From contig NC_057756.1 in the NCBI RefSeq assembly GCF_004010195.1, forward strand, positions 9,246,934 to 9,280,717: a stretch of 33,784 bases of DNA, written 5' to 3'. The notes under the pieces were generated by a model. That model saw only the letters and a list, made by a program, of their open reading frames with translations, had not been told where the DNA came from and made no database searches. Origin of the DNA: Chiloscyllium plagiosum. Taxonomy: Eukaryota. Position numbers and translations under genes: made by a program. Within the stretch, counting starts at the first letter, position 1; every line of letters starts with the position of its first letter. Shown piece after piece: positions 24,091 to 33,784 of the stretch.

Positions 24091-24335
24091 CTTTGCACAT
24101 TCTCCCTGTGTCTGCATGGTTTCCTCCCACACTCCAAAGATGTGCAGGTTAGGTGAATCGGCCATGCTAAATTGCCCATAGTATCTGGGAATGTGCAGGC
24201 GAGATGGTTTTGCCATGGGAAATATGGGTTTTATAGGGATACGGTAGGAAAGTGGGTCTGGGTGGGATGCGCTTTGGAAGGTCGGTGTGGACTCATTGGG
24301 CCAAATGACTTGCTTCCGTACTGTAGGGATTCTCT
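24091..24335 (+). mobile_element. 5'-truncated V-SINE
   Basis: Starts in the V-domain (tttgcacattctccctgtgtctgc) and ends ctgtagggattct. Confidence 0.85.
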
Positions 24336-24339
24336 GAAC

Positions 24340-25330
24340 TGACATCTGTGGCAGTGACTGTGAGCACAGGTATACCAAAGGCTGTCGGGGCAGGTAACAT
24401 CATTGCACTGACCATCTGTTCAAAATGAGCATAAAATGCATTGAAGTCACCAGGAAAGGATACATTGTTGTCAGTGATTCAATTTGACTTTGCTTCATAG
24501 CCTGCAATCAACATGTGTTTGTGTGGTTAGTCTGGGACTCTAGCTTAATCTGCTATTGTCACTTGGCGTCCCTAATGACCTTGCGAAGATCAAACCTAGA
24601 TTTCCTGTGTCAGTCAGGGTCAGCCAACTTGAACGCCTCAGGCTTGGACTTCATTGGAGAGTGGATTTCCCATGGTCACCAATGGTTTCCAGTTGGGGAA
24701 CACTTGGATTAACTTCTTTGGCACGCAGTCCTCTACACTCTTACTGATGAAGTCTGTGACAGTGCTGGCACACTCATTTAGGTTGGGTGATGAGTTCTTC
24801 AATTTGGCCAGTCTGACTCCAAGCATCACGTAGGAGCTCATCGGATACCTCAGACCAGCTCTGTATGACTTTCTGTACTGGATCCTCATGCTTCAGTTTT
24901 CGCAGTAAGCCGGGAGAAGGAGCACAGTCATGTGGTCTGATTTACCAAAAATGCGAGCAGGGAATGCAGCAACAGACATCTTTGGTTACGTAGCAATGAT
25001 CCAGGGTGTTTGGGCCTCTGGTGGGACAGGAGACAAGTTAACATTAGCTTGGTCGTACATTTTTGAGCTCAGGTTGAAAAAGTGCGGCGCTGGAGAATGC
25101 ACAGCAGGTCAGGCAGCATCCGAGGAGCGAGACAGTCGATGTTTCGAGCATAACCTTTCTTGAGGTTGGCCTGGTTGAAATCACCAGCTATGATGAACAA
25201 GGCTTTGGGGTTTTCCATATCAAGACTATTTGTCACACTGTATATTTTATCAAGAGTACCTTTCACTTCCACATGGAGGGGGATGTAAACTGCTGTCAGG
25301 GTAGCAGCATTGAACTTGTACAGCAGATAG
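24340..25330 (-). mobile_element. Rex1/Babar-like LINE, endonuclease region, degenerate, with a small Penelope-like insert at ~25067-25160
   Basis: LTAVYIP...FIIAGDFNQANLK and FISKSVEDCVPKKLIQVFPNWKP translations. Confidence 0.75.
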
Positions 25331-25669
25331 TAGAGAGCTCTTCTCCACTCCAGGGGGAGACAGAGACATGCTAACTTAGAAACGCAGAGACTAAAACATG
25401 CACACACTGAAACACAGACATACAAATATACAGAGACAGACACGCATACACGCAGAGACAGATAGATGCACACAGACGCATACAGATTTCATATTGAGCC
25501 TCTAACATCTAAAACATTGCAAATGTGCAATTATGTAATAAAACCTAACAGGGAGACCTCAGAATTGCACTGCTACTCTGCTACCACCACCTCAGGATGT
25601 CCTAACACATCTTGGACTTCTTTGAATGTATCTTTGAAACTTACTCTTCCTAAGAACATGCTAATTTAA

Positions 25670-26290
25670 GATTATAAGAAATAAAAGCAGGAGGAGGCCA
25701 TTTGTCCCATCAGATCTGCTCTGGGAAACTGTAGGATCATGGCTGATCTCAATGAGGCCTCGACTCCATTGCTCCAGCTGCCTCTGAAATGCAGGCCTCC
25801 CTTGGGAGTCAGAAACCTGTCCAATTGATGCAGCCACCACTGCTGGCTGAGAGATGGGGTCCAAACACGAACATATCTCGGAGACAAAATTGTTCCTTAT
25901 CTCTGTCTTAAATGGGAGATCCTTAATTCTAGATTCCATTACAAGAGGAAACATCAACCCAGCATGGATCTGGTCAAGCACCCCCTTCTCCGCAGAATCC
26001 ACGACATTTCAATAAGATTACTTCACATTCCTCTGAACTCCAATGGGTCTCGGCTTTAGCTGTGCAAGCTTTCCCCAAAAGGTAAAACCCTCATGTCAGG
26101 AATGAGCCTGGAGAAGCTGCTCTGAGCTGCTTCTAAAGCAAGTATATTGTTTCTGAAGTAAGGTGATTAAACTGTACTCGGTACTTCACTAGGAGGAGTC
26201 CAGTCTCACTAAGACCCTGTTACAGATGCAGCAAGAATTCACAGATGCTCCATCCCATTTGCAATAACTGCCAATATCTGTGCTCATCGT
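25670..26290 (-). mobile_element. Old CR1-type LINE 3' fragment
   Basis: MFPLVMESRIKDLPFKTEIRNNF translation; gaggccattt...ggatcatggctgatc tail. Confidence 0.7.
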
Positions 26291-26498
26291 AATCCCGTAG
26301 AAAAACGTTTCAGCCCATCCCTTCCTCACATTGTTACTTCTTTTTGAGAATGTTGCCAATGCTCTTTAGAAGTTAGTACAGAGTCCAACGCAGATCTGAA
26401 CTTATCTTGAGGCAGGAATTAAATCTCAAGGCAGCTTCAATTTGTTCCCAAAGCAAGCACTGAGAGGGGGAGAGTGATATCACTCAATCACAAAATGT

Positions 26499-26704
26499 AG
26501 AGTCAAAAAGTATAGCGCTGGAAAAGCACAGCAGGTCAGGCAGCATCCGAGGAGCAGGAGAATCAACGTTCAGGAAGCAGGAATGTAGGGCTCATGGCCA
26601 AAACATTGATTCTCTTGCTCCTCGGTTGCTGCCTGGCCTGTTGTGCTTTTCTAGCACCACACTTTTCGATTCTGATCTCCAGCATCTGCAGTCCTCACTT
26701 TCTC
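26499..26704. mobile_element. Penelope-like fold-back fragment
   Basis: Inverted arms ~26500-26570 and ~26600-26672, ends gcagtcctcactttctc; no clear target duplication. Confidence 0.75.
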
Positions 26705-27004
26705 CATAAACACGGAAAGACCAATCCCAAATGAATACAGCACAGCCATTAGCAAACAACGAACTTCATTTCATTTCCAAAATATCCTTACAGTGTTGTA
26801 TAGAAAGCACCTAATACACATTTGAATTGTTCAAGTCTACACACAGTTTCAAAGGTTAGAGAACAATGGCTGTTCCAGATGGTACAAAGCGTGTTATCAT
26901 TCCACCAGAGTGTGGTGAAACCTGGAGAAATCCTGCAACAATGTTCAGGGAAAACCTCTGGATAAAAGGTTAATGCCAGCTGATTTACCAAACTGGAATC
27001 TCAC

Positions 27005-27116
27005 GTGGAACAGTCAGCTGAATGGATTGACTGGCACACGGCCAGCGAGGAAGGTCTTGTCAAAGTCCAGCTTTCAGCTGTGCTACAAGGGCTACCATCC
27101 AATGCAGAAGCTGCCT
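27005..27116 (-). pseudogene. Candidate decayed LU N-half exon (AASALDGSPCSTAESWTLTRPSSLAVCQSIHSADCS)
   Basis: Good acceptor (cttcactttgcctgtttgatag) and donor AC|GTGAGA, 112 nt versus 111 nt in gene A. Three expected Cys positions hold codons one change from Cys (GGT, TGG, TCC). Exit phase is off by one. Confidence 0.3.
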
Positions 27117-27379
27117 CTATCAAACAGGCAAAGTGAAGAAGGTTAATGAATGCGTCACAAATGCATGACTTGCCACCTATCTCACCCCACCACCCAACCC
27201 ACCAAATCCACCAATGTAAGAAACTCGCAATTCTGCAGCATTTTTCATCACGTTCAGGATTCACAGATAATTGTGTTTATGCAGAGGAGTCACTGTTGAA
27301 ATGTAGGAATCATGGTTGCAGATTTGAGTACAACAAGATCCTAAAAATTTCAATTGTAAGCGAGTGCTCTTGCACAATC

Positions 27380-27740
27380 AGAGGGTCAGTGCTAAAGGAG
27401 CACCACACTGTTGGTTTGCCAGTTCTGTGGGAGCGCCACACTTTTGGAGGGTCAGTACTGAGGGAGCACCAAAGTGTCAGAGGGTCAGTGCTGAGGAAGT
27501 GCCAAAATTTCAGAGGGTCAGTGCTGAGGGAGTGCGAACTGTTGGAGGTCCTTTGGGTAAAGTTCTAAATTAACGGTTTTTTCCTTGCTCTCTAGTGGAT
27601 GTAAATGTTTTCATAGTAAGTTTGGCAGATCAGCAGGGAGTAGGTGTTGGGTGTAGCATACTTAAGTGTAAACTTAAGTGCATCACTAAAAGGTAATATG
27701 ATCTTATTTCTGGGAGCTTGCTGTGTGCAAGTTGGCTATC
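27380..27740 (+). repeat. About 5 degenerate 33-bp minisatellite units running into DeuSINE-like sequence
   Basis: gagggtcagtgctgagggagtgc..cactgttg units are the reverse complement of the 32360 array. Confidence 0.7.
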
Positions 27741-27750
27741 ATGAATCGAT

Positions 27751-28070
27751 GAGAAAGTGAGGGTTGCAGATGCTGGAGATTAGAGGTGAAAATGTGTTGC
27801 TGGGAAAGCGCAGCAGGTCAGGCAGCATCAAAGGAGCAGGAGAATCGACGTTTCGGGCATAAGCCCTTCTTCAGGAATGAGGAAAGTGTGTCCAGCAGGC
27901 TAAGACAAAACGTAGGGAGGAGGGACTTGGGGGAGGGGCGTTGGAAATGCGATAGCCTGCTGGACACACTTTCCTCATTCCTGAAGAAGGGCTTATGCCC
28001 GAAACGTCGATTCTCCTGCTCCTTGGATGCTGCCTGACCTGCTGCGCTTTTCCAGCAACACATTTTCAGC
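27751..28070. mobile_element. Young Penelope-like fold-back element
   Basis: Near-perfect arms ~27788-27902 and ~27953-28068; degenerate target duplication ggctatcatgaatc / ggctaccatgtatc. Confidence 0.85.
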
Positions 28071-28283
28071 GGCTACCATGTATCCCCCATTACAAATTTT
28101 GATTTAAAAGTCCCCACACTGGGAGTGAAATCACTTTGGTAAGAAGTGAGGTCCTGAAAGACACGGAGGAGGAAGAGTAAGACCTTTCCTCAATGTTCAC
28201 ATCCCTCAAAAAGGTTTTCAGACCAGGCCCTCCTGTCAGGACTTCATTTGGCCATTCGAAGGCTGTAGTCTCTCAGATTTCAG

Positions 28284-28477
28284 CTACATGGGCATCCTGA
28301 GGGAAGGAAGGAGTCCCGTCACCAGGAGGAGCAGCATGTTGTACTGTGGACTGACGCTCTTGTTGCACAATTTCCCACAGCAGCACCTGATCTTGTTGAC
28401 AGTTGAAATGGGAATCCCACAAACCTCCGCACTCGCACAGCCTCGAAACGGGAAACGGACTGAGCGACTTTCACCAT
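28284..28477 (-). CDS. Ly6/uPAR-family gene B, terminal exon: LU C-half plus GPI-anchor-like tail (GESRSVRFPFRGCASAEVCGIPISTVNKIRCCCGKLCNKSVSPQYNMLLLLVTGLLPSLRMPM*)
   Basis: Acceptor attaatctttcag, phase 1 entry matching the 32095 donor, RGC..C and CCxxxxCN LU signature, hydrophobic C-terminus, TAG at 28286-28284. Confidence 0.92.
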
Positions 28478-28869
28478 CTGAAAGATTAATGGACTGTCAG
28501 GGCTGCAAATTATGATAAGGCCTTGCTGTGAAGGCTATCAATAAATTTTACACTTTGTCACAACCAAAGTGATGGAGGGCTGTCATTGAAAAAAAAAACA
28601 GCAGAGAGCTTCAGGTAGCATACCTTGATCTTCATTTGTTGACATATTCATAGATGCATCCAGAAGCAGATCGGCAAACCCTTCAAAATGAGAAAGGATG
28701 AAGAAAATATGAAGCCGAGCAGGTTAGGAAGCATTTCTTTAGAAGCTAATGCCTTGAGTGGGGGAACCAGGCCACTTCCCATTCTTGGGGACTGAAGGGG
28801 CACCTGCCTCTTCCACAGGCTCAAAGAGCACTCAAAGGTCTCCTCATGTTTCTGTCTAACAGTCTCAAG

Positions 28870-29080
28870 AGATCTGAATGGGCCTCCATCTATTCTGGGT
28901 TTAACAGGTTCAAGAGGGCTGAATGGCCTCCTCCTGATTCTGTGTAACAAGCTTGAGAAGGGGGCTGAATGGCCACCTTCTGTTCCTGTGTCAGCCTTGA
29001 GGAAGGGGCTGAATGGAGCTTCCTCCTGTTCCTGGGTAACAGGCTTGAGAAGGGGCTGAATGGCCTCCTGCTGTGCCTGT
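28870..29080 (+). repeat. ~43-bp tandem repeat derived from a CR1-like tail, about 5 copies
   Basis: aacaggcttgagaaggggctgaatggcctcctcctgttcctgtgt units. Confidence 0.75.
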
Positions 29081-29126
29081 CCTAAGACTGGCTTTCAATT
29101 AACAGGTAAACCTTAAGAGCAATCAG

Positions 29127-29483
29127 TGTTGAAACTTTATTGCTGGAAAAGCACAGCAGGTCAGGCAGCATCCAGGGAACAGGAGATTCGACGTTTCGGG
29201 CACAGGCCCTTCTTCAGGAATGAGCAGAGAGTGTTCAGCAGGAGAAGATAAAAGGTAGAGAGGAGGGACTTGGAGGAGGGGAGTTGGAAATGTGATACCC
29301 TCCTCCAAGTCCCTCCTCCCTACCTTTTATCTTCTCCTGCTGAACACTCTCTGCTCATTCCTGAAGAAGGGCCTGTGCCCGAAACGTCGAATCTCCTGTT
29401 CCCTGGATGCTGCCTGACCTGCTGTGCTGTTCCAGCAATAAAGTTTCAACTTTGATCTCCAGCATCTGCAGACCTCACTTTCT
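29127..29483. mobile_element. Young Penelope-like fold-back element with 16-bp target duplication
   Basis: Arms ~29128-29280 and ~29298-29450; ccttaagagcaatcag at 29111-29126 and 29484-29499. Confidence 0.88.
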
Positions 29484-30136
29484 CCTTAAGAGCAATCAGG
29501 CAGGTGGAGCATGTGGTGGGGAGGAGAGAGGTGAGGTGAAGGGAAATGGAATTTGCCAGGACTGGGGGAAATGGCAAAGGTGCAGGTAAGGGCAGGGGAG
29601 AGGGGTTTCCTTGGTTTGAGTGGGTGTTTGAGGGTTTCAGAGGGTTAAGGACGTGCCAAAATGTCTTTAGTCTTGCCCAGGTAATCAGCTTTGCACTGGC
29701 AGGACAGAAGGAGGACAACCTTGTTGTCTCAGGCCTGAAAACTGAAGGGCTGGGAGGTTGTAGCTATTATACTGGGTTAGTGTTCCTGTTATAGGAGCCT
29801 TTACTTGAATGGACATGGACATGAACACTGACAGTCATGAGCAAGATATCCTCAGTGATCGGGATCTGATAGCATTTCAGGTGCAATGGTATTTGATTCT
29901 GCAGACAATGGGTCAGTGAAGTCCATGACTGACGGAACAATGGAAATTGGAATATGGTCAAAAGGCCAGAGGCAGCAGAACTCCAAGACCTCAAAATGTT
30001 GGAAGCACCAGTGGAGGTTACAGAGACAGGGAGAGATGGAGGGAATGGAGGAGGTTACGGGGATAGAGTGGGGTATAGGGGTTGAAGGAGGTTACCGAGA
30101 TGGGCAGAAGTGTACAGCTGGGGTGGTTACAGGGAT

Positions 30137-30779
30137 NNNNNNNNNNNNNNNNNNNNNNNNNNNNNNNNNNNNNNNNNNNNNNNNNNNNNNNNNNNNNNNN
30201 NNNNNNNNNNNNNNNNNNNNNNNNNNNNNNNNNNNNNNNNNNNNNNNNNNNNNNNNNNNNNNNNNNNNNNNNNNNNNNNNNNNNNNNNNNNNNNNNNNNN
30301 NNNNNNNNNNNNNNNNNNNNNNNNNNNNNNNNNNNNNNNNNNNNNNNNNNNNNNNNNNNNNNNNNNNNNNNNNNNNNNNNNNNNNNNNNNNNNNNNNNNN
30401 NNNNNNNNNNNNNNNNNNNNNNNNNNNNNNNNNNNNNNNNNNNNNNNNNNNNNNNNNNNNNNNNNNNNNNNNNNNNNNNNNNNNNNNNNNNNNNNNNNNN
30501 NNNNNNNNNNNNNNNNNNNNNNNNNNNNNNNNNNNNNNNNNNNNNNNNNNNNNNNNNNNNNNNNNNNNNNNNNNNNNNNNNNNNNNNNNNNNNNNNNNNN
30601 NNNNNNNNNNNNNNNNNNNNNNNNNNNNNNNNNNNNNNNNNNNNNNNNNNNNNNNNNNNNNNNNNNNNNNNNNNNNNNNNNNNNNNNNNNNNNNNNNNNN
30701 NNNNNNNNNNNNNNNNNNNNNNNNNNNNNNNNNNNNNNNNNNNNNNNNNNNNNNNNNNNNNNNNNNNNNNNNNNNNNNN
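30137..30779. other. Assembly gap (643 N) inside an intron of gene B
   Basis: Run of N flanked by low-complexity sequence. Confidence 0.99.
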
Positions 30780-31210
30780 AGGGAGGAATTGAGAGAAAGG
30801 GGGAGAGATAGAGAAGGGGTGAGAAAGAAAGGGGGATAGCGAGAGAAAGAAGGATGAGCGAGATGGGACGCGAGAGAGAGAGCGAAAGGGGTGAGAGAGG
30901 GGCTGAGATAGACAGTGAATGAGGGGTTCAGAGAGAACGAGTGAACGGATGAGAGAGTTAGAGGGGTGTGAAGGAGATGGGGTGAGAGAGTGGGCGCTAG
31001 AGAGAGACAGAACGAGAGCAAGGAGGAGGGAGGAAGAAAGGGGTCAAAAGAGAGAGAGAAATGGGGCGAACGAGAGAAAGAGGGCGCGAGAGAGGGGGAG
31101 GGGTGTGAGACAGAGCGCGAGAGTGAAGGAGAATGAGAGAGAGAAAAGGGAGTGATAGACAGCATGCAATAGAGAGAGAGAGGGGATGAGTGAGAGGGCG
31201 GGGGAGAGAG
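30780..31210 (+). repeat. GA-rich low-complexity tract
   Basis: Strongly purine-biased, degenerate (GA)n. Confidence 0.9.
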
Positions 31211-31525
31211 ATTAGATTAGATTAGATTTTTAGATTAGATTAGATTACAGTGTGGAAACAGGCCCTTCGGCCCAACAAGTCCACACCGACCCGCCGGAGC
31301 GAAACCCACCCATACCCCTACATTTACCCCTTACCTAACACTACAGGCAATTTAGCATGGCCAATTCACGTGACCCTGCACATCTTTGGACTGTGGGAGG
31401 AAACCCACGCAGACACGGGGAGAACGTGCAAACTCCACACAGTCAGTCGCCTGAGGCGGGAATTGAACCCGGGTCTCTGGCGCTGTGAGGCAGCAGTGCT
31501 AACCACTGTGCCACCGTGCTGCCCA
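31211..31525 (-). mobile_element. Young V-SINE (HE1-type) with (TTAGA)n tail
   Basis: Intact head gggcagcacggtggcacagtggttagc, B box, V-domain, retained CpGs, microsatellite at 31211-31246. Confidence 0.92.
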
Positions 31526-32094
31526 CTGATGTGGGCACTGGATGTGGGCACTGGAGGAGACTCAGTGTTTGGGGGCAGGCGTTTGGAGGTGAGATTTGAA
31601 AACAAAGATGAGAATTAAAAAATTAAGCTATTGTAGAATGGGAGCCAGTAGGTTACCAAGCCTCAGGGGGAGAAGTTAATACGTAAATGGATTCTGGCAC
31701 AAGTTTGGCAGAATAGAGTTTTGGAAGAGCTCACATTGAGATCAGCAAGTGATGGAGTGATGGGTTATAGAAACGGGTTGATTATTGGAATATGATGTGC
31801 ATTGGCTCAGCAGTACATCAGGACTAAACCTAGATTTGTCGAGTTGGATTCACGTCTGGGCGCAAAGCCTAACTAAAGGTGCACAGAATCAGGAAAACTC
31901 CCACAGAACATAAGCAGGAGATTAAACTACACAAATGGCTGATTGCACAGATTCAGAATGGTCCAGGCTTTATCAAGATGTTTGCTTTAGCCTTAGAAAG
32001 CATCGAGTTATACTATACAGTATTGAAGCAATCGCAAGTGTGCCAATAACACAAGGGAATTTCAAGAGAACAGAGGTTAAGAAGAGTACTTAAC

Positions 32095-32220
32095 GATTAT
32101 ATGGTCCTTTGAAGTAACCCCAGGCACAAAATTTCTGATTCGAAGTGCAAGGAACAGGCTTTACATTCTCACGACAATTGTTGTCAGCACACCCATAGCA
32201 TTCCATGCCGTTTTTAGGCT
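32095..32220 (-). CDS. Ly6/uPAR-family gene B, LU domain N-half exon (PKNGMECYGCADNNCRENVKPVPCTSNQKFCAWGYFKGPYN), PLA2-inhibitor/PINLYP-like second domain
   Basis: Acceptor ttaataacag, 126 nt, phase 1-1, open frame, NGxxCYxC...C...C...C pattern typical of a non-first LU domain. Donor is C|GTTAAG (weak). Confidence 0.88.
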
Positions 32221-32359
32221 CTGTTATTAATCAGACCAGCGTCAGGGTTGTGATTTAAAACATTTCCATTTACCTTCTAAATCAAAGGAAATACTAAGCG
32301 ATTTATATTTTCAAGAGCTGTCATAGTTGTAAAGACAAAACAAAAGATTTTAGTTAATA

Positions 32360-33784
32360 CCCTCTGACAGTGCGGCCCTCCCTCAGCACTGACCCTCCGA
32401 CACTCCCTCAGCACTGACCCTCCAACACTCCCTCAGCACTGACCCCCCGACACTCCCTCAGCACTGACCCTCTGACAGTGCGGCACTCCCTCAGCACTGA
32501 CCCTCCGACAGTGCGGCACTCCCTCAGCACTGACTGTCTGATGGTGCGGCCCTCCCTCAGCACTGACCCTCCGACACCGCGGTATTTCCTCAGCATTGAC
32601 CCTCCAACAATGTGGCACACCCTGAGCACTGCCCCTCCGACAGTGCGGCACTCCCTCAGCACCGACAGTGCAGCACTCCCTCAGAACTGACCCTCCGAGA
32701 GCGCGGCACTCCCTCAGCACTCACCCTCTGACGGTGCGGCCCTCCCTCAGCACTGACCCTCCGACAGTGCCCACTCCCTCAGCACTGACCCTCAAATAGT
32801 GCCCACTCCCTCAGCACTGACCCCCCGACAGAGCGGCACTCCCTCAGCACTGACCGTCTGACGGTGCTGCTCTCCCTCAGCACTGACCCTCCGACAGTGC
32901 GACACACCCTCAGCACTGACAGTGCAGCACTCCCTCAGCACTGACCGTCTGATGGTGCAGCCCTCCCTCAGCACTGAACCTCCGACAGTACAGCATTCCC
33001 TCAACACTGACCCTCGGACAGTGAGGCACTCCCTCAGCACTGACCATCTGACGGTGCCCACTCCCTCAGTACTGACCCTCCGACATTGCAGCACTCCCTC
33101 AGCACTGACCCTCCGACAGTCCCACTGCCTCAGCACTGACCCTCCGACCGTGCCCACTTCCTCAGCACTGACCCACCGACAGTACACACTCCCTCAGCAC
33201 TGACCCTCCGACAGTGCCCACTCCCTCAGCACTGACCCTCCGACAGTGCGGCACTCCCTCAACACTGACGCTCCAACAGTGCGGCTCTCCCTCAGCACTG
33301 ACCCTCCGACATTGCAGCACTCCCTCAGCACTGACCCTCTCACAGTGCGGCCCTCCCTCAGCAATGACCCTCCGACAGCGCAACGCTCCCTCAGCACTGA
33401 CCCTCCGACAGTGTGGCACTCCCTCAGCACTGACCCTCCGACAGTACCCACTCCCTCAGCACTGACCCGACAGTACCCACTCCCTCAGCACTGACCCTCC
33501 GACAGTGCCCACTGCCTCAGCACTGACCCTCCGACCGTGCCCACACCCTCAGCACTGACCCTGCGAAACTGCGGCACTCCCTCAGCACAGATCCTCCGAC
33601 AGTGCCCACTTCCTCAAGACTGACCCTCCCACAGTGCGGCGCTCCCTCAGCACTGACCCTCCCACAGTGCGGCGCTCCCTCAGCACTGACCCTCCGACAG
33701 TGCCCACTCCCTCAGCACTGACCCTCCGACAGTGCGGCACTCCCTCAGCACTGACCCTCCGACAGTGCGGCACTCCCTCAGCAC
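32360..33784 (+). repeat. 33-bp minisatellite (cactgaccctccgacagtgcggcactccctcag) with 31-bp and shorter variants, in an intron of gene B
   Basis: More than 40 tandem units running to the window end; accounts for all ORFs called in this stretch. Confidence 0.97.

Noticed and set aside
29805..29898. LHLKCYQ-containing exon-like segment on the minus strand
   Set aside because: Only one Cys in frame and phase-0 entry; the 32095-32220 exon already supplies C1-C5.
29886..31165. Longest ORFs in the track (233-357 aa)
   Set aside because: They run through the N gap and the GA-rich tract.
32408..33773. Overlapping repetitive ORFs; superficially CRISPR-like periodicity
   Set aside because: A 33-bp unit keeps frames open; there are no unique spacers or cas genes, and the DNA is eukaryotic.

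Overview
Repeat-rich vertebrate genomic DNA. The repeat complement (V-SINE/HE1-type SINEs, CR1/HER1-type LINEs, DeuSINE-derived minisatellite, Penelope-like fragments) points to a cartilaginous fish, probably a shark; this is inference, not a database result. Almost all ORFs in the six-frame track are repeat artefacts. The real coding signal is four short minus-strand, phase-1 exons from two tandem Ly6/uPAR (LU, three-finger) genes. Gene A contributes a signal-peptide exon (4561-4609) and an LU N-half exon (2658-2768) and runs off the left edge. Gene B contributes an LU N-half exon (32095-32220) and a terminal LU C-half plus GPI-signal exon (28284-28477) and enters from the right edge. Two decayed LU-like exons between them may be a third paralog. 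A compact CpG-rich promoter (~7900-8150; TATA on minus strand, E-boxes, GC and CCAAT boxes) is flanked by divergent SINEs with expanded 53-bp arrays and by a degenerate YY1-motif repeat. Several Penelope-like fold-back insertions carry hammerhead-ribozyme-like cores, most with 10-16 bp target duplications. Also present are an inverted duplication of a chimeric repeat junction, a 33-bp minisatellite and a 643-N gap. No wholly novel system can be claimed; the best leads are the LU cluster and the hammerhead-like fold-backs.
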